A DNA stretch of 41,327 bases, taken from NCBI GenBank assembly GCA_964425965.1, contig CAYROW010000001.1, positions 9,082-50,408 on the forward strand, read 5' to 3'. This document shows, piece after piece, positions 27,628 to 33,804 of the stretch. The stretch comes from an uncultured Gammaproteobacteria bacterium (GTDB lineage Bacteria; Patescibacteriota; Patescibacteriia; UBA9934). Made by a program: the position numbers and the translations under genes. Under the pieces are notes generated by a model. The model was given only the letters and a program-made list of their open reading frames with translations. It did not search any database and was not told where the DNA came from. How positions within the stretch are numbered: the first letter of the stretch is position 1; every line of letters starts with the position of its first letter.

Positions 27628-27662
27628 CAAATGTGAAACGAGCGGCCCGTGGGCCGCTCGTC
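27628..27662 (-). terminator. Terminator of Q2
   Basis: Minus strand: CGAGCGGCCCACGGGCCGCTCG followed by TTTCACATTT. It shares 29 of 30 nt with the Q1 terminator. Confidence 0.65.
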
Positions 27663-27683
27663 GTCGTGAGTCGCGCGTGATTA

Positions 27684-28427
27684 TCAGTCTACGAGGATGC
27701 TGATCCCCATCTGCCTAAGCACGTCACGGTTAAAATTCCATTTCACCGAAGCGAGCAGATCGTTTCGCGCCCGTACCATGGCAGGAGACATGGGGTCCTT
27801 CGCGGTCGCAAGATAGAAGAGGATCTCCACAACATGTGCGTCCGAGTCGAGACCGAACGGACGAGGATCCGTCTGCACCTCCCCAACCTTCAGCGCAGCG
27901 AAGCGCGCAATTTCTCCAGCCGGCGTGCCTTTCTTCACCCGCTTCAGGTCGAAGCAGAACAGCTCGTCGGGTGACATACGGGAACGAAGACCGTACCGGG
28001 CAAGAGTAGCGACGAAGCGCCTATCCTTCACTCGGTCATCAGTTCCCGCGATCGCCATACGAACCTCGATATCAGAGGGCCAGTCCTGATTCGACGTCTT
28101 CCTTACCTCAGCCGCGCAAAATTCGGTGGCCGCACGAAGCTGCGGGAACATGTCGAGATGGCACTCAACCAACGCGAGAGCCTCTTCGGCGAGATCCGCG
28201 ATGAGAGCACCGCAACCATCGCACTCGAGAAGGCGTTTCCGTGAATTGATCGCGAGGGTCCAAACGGAATTGAAACCGTTTTTCCGACAGAAGTTCCCAA
28301 TCAGAGTGATTTTTTTGCGCGGATGGCGTTTTTCCGCCGAGAGGCGATCGAGAAGCGTATCGATCGGCAGCAGAAGCGTCTCGAGCGGAACGGGAGACAG
28401 AACGGGAAGAATGAGCGGGTTGGCCAA
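27684..28427 (-). CDS. Q-family protein 2 (247 aa)
   Basis: The start is set at the TTG at 28427, by analogy with Q1 (caaaGGAGGccttTTGGCCAAC). The track's start at 28448 has no SD. Confidence 0.7.
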   Translation of the reverse strand: MANPLILPVLSPVPLETLLLPIDTLLDRLSAEKRHPRKKITLIGNFCRKNGFNSVWTLAINSRKRLLECDGCGALIADLAEEALALVECHLDMFPQLRAATEFCAAEVRKTSNQDWPSDIEVRMAIAGTDDRVKDRRFVATLARYGLRSRMSPDELFCFDLKRVKKGTPAGEIARFAALKVGEVQTDPRPFGLDSDAHVVEILFYLATAKDPMSPAMVRARNDLLASVKWNFNRDVLRQMGISILVD

Positions 28428-28499
28428 AAGGCCTCCTTTGTCTTGCACGAGAGTGTGCAGAGGACAAGGAATCTTAGCGAAGATTTACAAAAATGTCCA
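28428..28499 (-). promoter_or_regulatory. Q2 promoter (TGGACA-N17-TAAGAT) plus conserved structured leader
   Basis: This is the second copy of the Q1 element. Its hairpin shows a compensatory C-G to U-A change. Confidence 0.55.
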
Positions 28500-28574
28500 C
28501 ATGCAAAATAGTGCATCCTTGACCGAGCCTCACGCAGCCGATAGGCTTGCTCCTCACCCAAGCATAGATTCTGC

Positions 28575-29708
28575 ATGTCTCTCGCGTTGTTCCAGCAATT
28601 CCACGAAGCACTCAAGCGCGCAAAGCGTCCGGTTGTTATACTTCGACAAAACCCAACGGTCGATGACTTTACCGCAGCGTTTAGCATTGCTGCATTGTGC
28701 AAAACACTTGGCCTTCCATGTCCGATTGTCACCAGCGGCGGACGAGCGCCCGATGCCCTCAAATTTCTTTCCACATTCCACGATGTCGCAGGCGATCTTG
28801 GAAACATCAACGCGCTTACTCTTCGTGTGAATCTTGACCACGCAAAAGTTGACGGTCTCACCTACGCCGTTGACGGCAATGCGCTTGTTGTTACCATCAC
28901 GCCAAAAACCGGCGCATGGCAACCAGCCGACGTTCGCATTGCAAGCAACGACTACCGGTTCGATCTCGTCATCGCAATTGGAACGCCGGATCGATCAAGC
29001 TTTGGCACACTTTTCTCAACCTACGCCGATTTCTTTCTAAAAACTCCAACCGTCGTTATCGACCACGGTCCAGAAAATGAACATTTCGGCACCATCAACA
29101 TCGTCGACTTAACCGCAACGAGCGTGTCCGAGGTTTGCTTTAACCTTTTCACACACATCGACGCGACCATCGTCACCCCTGACGTTGCCACAACGCTTCT
29201 TGCGGGCATGATGAGTAAAACAAAGAGCTTCCGCGCACCAAACGTTTCACCAAAGACGCTCGAAATTGCACAAAAACTTATTGAGAAAAAAGCTGACCGC
29301 GAGATGATCGTTGAGCATCTGTACCGAACACGATCCGTGGAAACGCTCCGCCTTTGGGGCAGAGCACTTGCTCGCCTGAAGGCCGACGAATCGATCGGCC
29401 TTGTGTGGACGCTCATCACAACACAGGATTTTGCTGCCGCCGGAGCGAATGCCGACGCACTTCGTGATATCGCCGACGAGCTCCTCATGACATCTCCTGC
29501 CGCAAAAGTCGCCCTCATCCTTTTTGAAACACATGAGGGCGCGATTGCCGGACAGCTTTCCGCGCAACGCCCATTCGACGCCCTCGTTCTTGGCGCCCCA
29601 TTCCGCGCCACCGGCACCCGAGAATTCGCCCATCTCTCCCCCACGCAAGCCAATATCGTCGACGCCGAACGTGGTGTTGTCTCGCATCTGAAGACAAGCT
29701 TGCGGTAA
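28575..29708 (+). CDS. DHH-family phosphoesterase (NrnA-like) with degenerate motifs
   Basis: Length, layout and the DHHA1-like C-terminus fit NrnA/bifunctional oligoribonuclease. However, motif I reads NPTVDDFTAA (usually H.nPDgDa.GS) and motif III reads VIDHGPENEHFG (DHG instead of DHH). Confidence 0.65.
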   Translation: MSLALFQQFHEALKRAKRPVVILRQNPTVDDFTAAFSIAALCKTLGLPCPIVTSGGRAPDALKFLSTFHDVAGDLGNINALTLRVNLDHAKVDGLTYAVDGNALVVTITPKTGAWQPADVRIASNDYRFDLVIAIGTPDRSSFGTLFSTYADFFLKTPTVVIDHGPENEHFGTINIVDLTATSVSEVCFNLFTHIDATIVTPDVATTLLAGMMSKTKSFRAPNVSPKTLEIAQKLIEKKADREMIVEHLYRTRSVETLRLWGRALARLKADESIGLVWTLITTQDFAAAGANADALRDIADELLMTSPAAKVALILFETHEGAIAGQLSAQRPFDALVLGAPFRATGTREFAHLSPTQANIVDAERGVVSHLKTSLR

Positions 29709-29800
29709 CAATAGCTTTACTTTTCGGTGATTTCCCCGTATTTTCATTCTCGTCTTCCCTACGCAATAGACAGCGCACCAACCCAACGGGAGATCACAGA

Positions 29801-30025
29801 ATGAATACAGACGACAATGAACGAGTCCGAGTTCAAATCGACGCCACGCAGTTAGTCGTCGCTAAGCTTGATGAAACTGGAGAGCTCATCGGCGCGAGTT
29901 CCCGATCGGAAACCGTACGCCGCGCCATCGGCCTTCTCCATGCCGTCACCAATGGAACACGCGAAGGCAGAACGCTCTGCTTCAGGAATCGAGATGGGAC
30001 ATACACGGAAATCATCCTCTGCTGA
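29801..30025 (+). CDS. Small ribbon-helix-helix (CopG/Arc-like) DNA-binding protein
   Basis: GGGAGA lies 7 nt before the ATG. The beta-strand RVRVQIDATQL followed by SRSETVRRAIGLL resembles the RHH signature. Confidence 0.5.
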   Translation: MNTDDNERVRVQIDATQLVVAKLDETGELIGASSRSETVRRAIGLLHAVTNGTREGRTLCFRNRDGTYTEIILC

Positions 30026-30070
30026 CCGCGTCGAGTTCGAGCCCGAGAAGGGATCGCTCGCGCGGTCTCT

Positions 30071-30244
30071 TCAATTTCCCTCCCACTCTTTCTTCCACTC
30101 AAATCCCACCGATCCGCAGTCGGTGCATTTCATTTCACGATACGTTTGATCACCCCGCTGTTCTGTTCCACCGGTCCACACTTCCTTCCCGCCACACAAC
30201 GGACATTCAGATTCAATCGTTTGCATATGCACGAATCGTATCAT
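30071..30244 (-). CDS. Small zinc-ribbon protein (about 57 aa)
   Basis: CPLCGG...(24 aa)...CTDCGS is a four-Cys zinc-ribbon pattern. The start is uncertain (ATG at 30244 or 30226). The longer track ORF overlaps the CCA-like gene start. Confidence 0.4.
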   Translation of the reverse strand: MIRFVHMQTIESECPLCGGKEVWTGGTEQRGDQTYREMKCTDCGSVGFEWKKEWEGN

Positions 30245-30285
30245 GCGTCTTCGGCGTTCCGAATTGCCCATGTTACAATATCGGC

Positions 30286-31713
30286 ATGGACTCTCTTTGG
30301 TATTCAACCAGGGCAATGCCGGCGCACCGTAGAGTTGGTGCGTATATCGCAGATACCGCTCCACTCGGACTGTTATTTAAGCTCGTTCGCGACATCCCCG
30401 CTGCAGACCCGTATCTTGTGGGCGGCACGGTTCGCGACGCCGTTCTTGGCGTTGTTCCGCATCGTGCCCATGTGTTAGTTCGCGATGTTGCTCCACCGGT
30501 TCTCAACAAATTCCTCAACGCAAACGGAACCGTCACACAACACACGAACGGCCACTGGCACATCACCCCTCGCGGCACACACGAAACGATTTCCGTTTCT
30601 GTCCCTCATATTCGCACGCTCGATCATTCCGGAACCGCAACGCGAATTCCCGCGCACGAACGATCGCTCCACGACGATCTTGCCGCTCGCGATTTCTCCG
30701 TGAATTCAATGGCGTATTCGCTGAAAGACGGAATTCTTCATGATCCTCACGGCGGACTCCACGACCTCATCAATCGCAAAACTCTTCGCACGCTCCATCA
30801 TCCAGAACTGCACCTTTCACAGGAACCAGCGCTCGTTTCTCGTGCAATCCGCTTAGCAAGTCAATACGGACTCACGTTTGACGAAGCGTTGTGGAATGCG
30901 ATTCCTCGCCATCACGCATCCCTCCACCGAACCGATCACGATGATGACGGGAATAACCGCTACGTCATTCCTCGTGTTCGCCTTGGTCATGATGTTCTCA
31001 TGGCACTTGCGCACAATCCGAAATACGCACTTACGCTTCTCAAAGATAGCGGTGCCTTGAAGTCTCTTGCTCCAGAATTATTACAACACGGCGCTACCGT
31101 GCATGACGACGGTGAAACCGGCTGGCAAAAGACACATCGCCTCTTCGATATTCTCGAGCATCACGACATTGCTCGCGCATACGGCACCGCAAAAAAGAGC
31201 GCAACGCTATACCTTGCCGGTCTTCTCACGCTTCTCGACGATCGCGCCATGGGCACACTTCGAGACATCGTTGCCCGCCTGCATTTACACGCCGTCGATG
31301 ATCACCGCTTACATTTCGATCATACTGACGCCGGTTGGATGCTGAATAAAACCGTAACCCTCACCCAAGGCCACGCAAAAGAACTCTCTCCCGCCGAACG
31401 CGAGCGTCTTGTTCGTGGAGCGCGCGGCGCCGAGCTTCTCGCACTCCTTGACGCCACTGCGAGCGCAAAACACGAACACGGTATTGCGCGCGAAAATCTT
31501 GTCGATCTTCGAAACGAACGTGAACGTTGGTTAAATAACCCCGCGCCAGATGAACTCGTTCGCGGCCGTGACTTACTTGCGCTCAATATTGCTCCTGGGG
31601 CACATCTCCGAGGAATCCTCGACAAAATCCGCAGCGCCCAGCTCGACGGCCATCTCTCCTCCCGCGCCGCAGCCCTCGACTTTGCTCGATACCTCGCTGC
31701 ACAGAATGGATAA
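30286..31713 (+). CDS. CCA-adding enzyme / poly(A) polymerase family (class II nucleotidyltransferase) homolog lacking the catalytic DxD
   Basis: YLVGGTVRDAVLG, DDLAARDFSVNSMAY and HDPHGGLHDLINRKTLR match the PolyA_pol head domain. The expected D-x-D after LGxxxx reads R-A-H. The start could be the ATG at 30286 or at 30316. Confidence 0.75.
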   Translation: MDSLWYSTRAMPAHRRVGAYIADTAPLGLLFKLVRDIPAADPYLVGGTVRDAVLGVVPHRAHVLVRDVAPPVLNKFLNANGTVTQHTNGHWHITPRGTHETISVSVPHIRTLDHSGTATRIPAHERSLHDDLAARDFSVNSMAYSLKDGILHDPHGGLHDLINRKTLRTLHHPELHLSQEPALVSRAIRLASQYGLTFDEALWNAIPRHHASLHRTDHDDDGNNRYVIPRVRLGHDVLMALAHNPKYALTLLKDSGALKSLAPELLQHGATVHDDGETGWQKTHRLFDILEHHDIARAYGTAKKSATLYLAGLLTLLDDRAMGTLRDIVARLHLHAVDDHRLHFDHTDAGWMLNKTVTLTQGHAKELSPAERERLVRGARGAELLALLDATASAKHEHGIARENLVDLRNERERWLNNPAPDELVRGRDLLALNIAPGAHLRGILDKIRSAQLDGHLSSRAAALDFARYLAAQNG

Positions 31714-31725
31714 TCGATTCATAAC

Positions 31726-31754
31726 AAAATACCGTCCGCAATGGACGGTATTTT
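31726..31754. terminator. Bidirectional hairpin terminator
   Basis: AAAATACCGTCC-gcaat-GGACGGTATTTT. Confidence 0.7.
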
Positions 31755-31755
31755 G

Positions 31756-31832
31756 TGGTGCGCGCACGTGGACTCGAACCACGGACCTTCACAATGTCAA
31801 TGTGACGCTCTAACCAACTGAGCTATGCGCGC
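31756..31832 (-). tRNA. tRNA-Val (anticodon GAC), CCA encoded
   Basis: Minus strand: GCGCGCA-TA-GCTC-AGTTGGTTA-GAGC-G-TCACA-TTGACAT-TGTGA-AGGTC-CGTGG-TTCGAGT-CCACG-TGCGCGC-A-CCA. Confidence 0.9.
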
Positions 31833-32014
31833 TAACGTAGAACTGCCTAATTTTGTCCATTTTCGACTCACTCGTCAGAAATCTCCTCAACGTACATCTG
31901 CGCACGTCTCGTCGATTTCTTCCTCCTTCATCGAAACTGGCCGAAAATTAGACAGTTCTACAATCTCGGTCGATCAAAAGGATACGATTCGCGACGAACA
32001 ATGTCAATCCTCGT

Positions 32015-32392
32015 CTACTTCACCTTTTCAATCCGAGAAAACAGCAACGCAATCATTCCGGCAGTGAGAAGAAGGGCGAAGAACATGCCTCCAGCAACGA
32101 GAATTGCCGAAATATTGCAAGAGAGCAACTGGCCAAATGCATGAAACGCCTCCGGACTTGGCGCCGGACAACGGACGCCACGGTTATTTGCCGCAAGTAA
32201 CACACCCGTCGTTCCTGCACCGTATGCCGCAGCAATACTGCCGAGCGTGAACAGACAGCTAAACCGTGCCTTTCGCATATTCATAGCGCTTGTCGCAACC
32301 ACGAGCGAAAAAAAGACACCGCCAATAATCCAATACACGATGAACCACATCGTGAAGAGCATCCAGACCATGGCGTGAGGAGTTGTCTGCAT
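32015..32392 (-). CDS. Membrane protein (125 aa, 4 TM), unknown function
   Basis: ORF with four clear hydrophobic segments. Confidence 0.5.
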   Translation of the reverse strand: MQTTPHAMVWMLFTMWFIVYWIIGGVFFSLVVATSAMNMRKARFSCLFTLGSIAAAYGAGTTGVLLAANNRGVRCPAPSPEAFHAFGQLLSCNISAILVAGGMFFALLLTAGMIALLFSRIEKVK

Positions 32393-32403
32393 AATGCAAA
32401 TTC

Positions 32404-32562
32404 CTAGAGCGCACCAAGCGCAAGAAAGAGAACCGCGCCTGCACCGAATGCCGCAAGGAGAAAGACGTAGCTCAATCCAACGAATTCGTGGTTATGGTGC
32501 TGACGACCAAGTATACCAAAAACAATACCGAGAAAGAGAAGGAGTGGAGGAATGAAATACAT
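32404..32562 (-). CDS. Very small membrane protein (52 aa), below the track cut-off
   Basis: My own translation gives MYFIPPLLLFLGIVFGILGRQHHNHEFVGLSYVFLLAAFGAGAVLFLALGAL, with two TM segments. It lies 12 nt upstream of the next membrane-protein gene. Confidence 0.4.
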   Translation of the reverse strand: MYFIPPLLLFLGIVFGILGRQHHNHEFVGLSYVFLLAAFGAGAVLFLALGAL

Positions 32563-32569
32563 AGAATTC

Positions 32570-32646
32570 TGGTAGGCTCACCTGGACTCGAACCAGGGAC
32601 CACCGAGGTATAAGCTCGGCGCTCTAACCAACTGAGCTATGAGCCC
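32570..32646 (-). tRNA. tRNA-Ile (anticodon TAT), CCA encoded
   Basis: Minus strand: GGGCTCA-TA-GCTC-AGTTGGTTA-GAGC-G-CCGAG-CTTATAC-CTCGG-TGGTC-CCTGG-TTCGAGT-CCAGG-TGAGCCT-A-CCA. Positions 34-36 read TAT. Confidence 0.85.
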
Positions 32647-32659
32647 AGAAAAACTATCC

Positions 32660-32758
32660 AAGTTTGTCGGCTGCGTTGTCGTGCCTCCGGTCCTCGCTCG
32701 ACGTACCATGACGTACGCCTCGCTTTGGTCCTCGGCACTCCTAGCATCCGGCAAACTT
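32660..32758. ncRNA. Candidate structured element closed by an 11-bp stem
   Basis: AAGTTTGTCGG (32660-32670) pairs with CCGGCAAACTT (32748-32758), with one T:G position. An inner GTGCC/GGCAC stem is also present, along with internal direct repeats GGTCCTCG, CCTCGCT and ACGTAC. The strand is unknown. Confidence 0.25.
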
Positions 32759-32860
32759 AATAGTTTTTCATCGATTCGATGTCGGTGATTCTACTCTGGT
32801 TAAAGCTTTCCCTCAAGTATAACGCTTTCAAAAAAGCGCGATCCATGCCATACTCCGCCC

Positions 32861-33793
32861 ATGAAAACCATCGAAATTCCAGGCATTGAACCAAAACGTC
32901 TCGACATCGCACTCGCGGAAGTCCTTGAATTGAGCCGTTCAAAGGCACAAAAGATCATTGCCGATGGCCGCGTCCTCGTTGACGGCAAAGAGGCAAACGC
33001 CCACGAACTCGTCTCTTCGGCCTCAAACGTCGAGATTGCCGACCCTGCACCGTTAGCAATCGATCCAAACGCAAAACCACTCGCGCCCCTCGCAATTCTT
33101 TACGAAGACGCCGACGTACTCGTCGTTAATAAACCGGCAGGTCTTCTTGTGCATCCAACCACTACAAGCACCGAACCAACACTACTTGACCTCCTTCGCG
33201 CACACATTCCGGGCCTCGATGCTATCGGCGACGACAAAGCACGTGCTGGAATTGTCCATCGCCTCGACAAACTCGCGTCCGGCGTTGTTATTGTCGCAAA
33301 AACTCCGGACGCTTTCGTGCACCTGAAAGCTCAATTCGCACAACGACTGACCGAAAAGCGCTATACAACGCTTGTGATGGGAAACGTCACTGATGATTCT
33401 GGAACCATCACCTTCCCTATCGCTCGTTCCCAATCAAATGCTCGCATGGCAGCACGACCAAACTCGCAAGAAGGCAAGGAGGCTATTACTCATTTTGACG
33501 TTATCCACCGTTACGCAAACGCGACACTCCTCGATGTTCGCATCGAAACCGGCCGAACGCATCAAATTCGCGTACACTTCTTTGCACTTGGTCATCCTGT
33601 CGCAGGAGACGATCTCTACGTCATTCGCGGCGTAAAACAAATCCCACTCGATCGATTATTCCTTCATGCTCGAGCGTTAACGATCGATCTTCCGAATGGA
33701 GAGCGCAACACGTTCGAAGCTCCGTTGCCACCTGAACTCGAACTCGCGCTTACTAAACTCTCTGAGCCACACCTCCAACGTCATTCTCGATAA
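32861..33793 (+). CDS. rluD: RluA-family 23S rRNA pseudouridine synthase (RluD-like)
   Basis: An N-terminal S4 domain, the catalytic HRLDKLASGVVIVAKT motif and the conserved GRTHQIRVH. Confidence 0.9.
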   Translation: MKTIEIPGIEPKRLDIALAEVLELSRSKAQKIIADGRVLVDGKEANAHELVSSASNVEIADPAPLAIDPNAKPLAPLAILYEDADVLVVNKPAGLLVHPTTTSTEPTLLDLLRAHIPGLDAIGDDKARAGIVHRLDKLASGVVIVAKTPDAFVHLKAQFAQRLTEKRYTTLVMGNVTDDSGTITFPIARSQSNARMAARPNSQEGKEAITHFDVIHRYANATLLDVRIETGRTHQIRVHFFALGHPVAGDDLYVIRGVKQIPLDRLFLHARALTIDLPNGERNTFEAPLPPELELALTKLSEPHLQRHSR

Positions 33794-33804
33794 CGTCATC
33801 GCTT

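Larger units (their letters stand above)
23950..28510. other. GC-rich accessory island: array of P and Q paralog cassettes
   Basis: There is a visible compositional shift. My hand counts of single 60-mers give about 58 percent GC in P2, 47 percent in valS and roughly 42 percent (rough estimate) in groEL. The region also shows repeated promoter/terminator modules, strong SD sites and genes I cannot assign to a family. Confidence 0.65.

Noticed and set aside
23950-28510. Diversity-generating retroelement, shufflon or integron explanation for the paralog array
   Set aside because: There is no reverse transcriptase, recombinase or integrase gene. I see no template/variable repeat pair with adenine-specific differences and no attC-like sites. 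The paralogs differ throughout rather than in one hypervariable patch.
24113-28861. Long antisense or out-of-frame ORFs inside the island (24113..24709 -, 24755..25399 -, 25090-25503 part of 25090..26088 +, 25451..26245 +, 26160..26705 -, 26724..27680 +, 28126..28830 +, 28301..28861 -)
   Set aside because: These are typical shadow ORFs of GC-rich DNA. They have Arg/Gly/His/Ser-rich low-complexity compositions and no SD or promoter in the right orientation. They also run through terminator hairpins and promoters. The promoter, SD and terminator signals agree only with the P frames (plus strand) and the Q frames (minus strand).
32660-32758. SRP (4.5S) RNA
   Set aside because: The size and closing stem fit. 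However, the conserved domain IV features are absent on both strands: the GNAR/GGAA apical loop and the AGCAGCC-type asymmetric loop.
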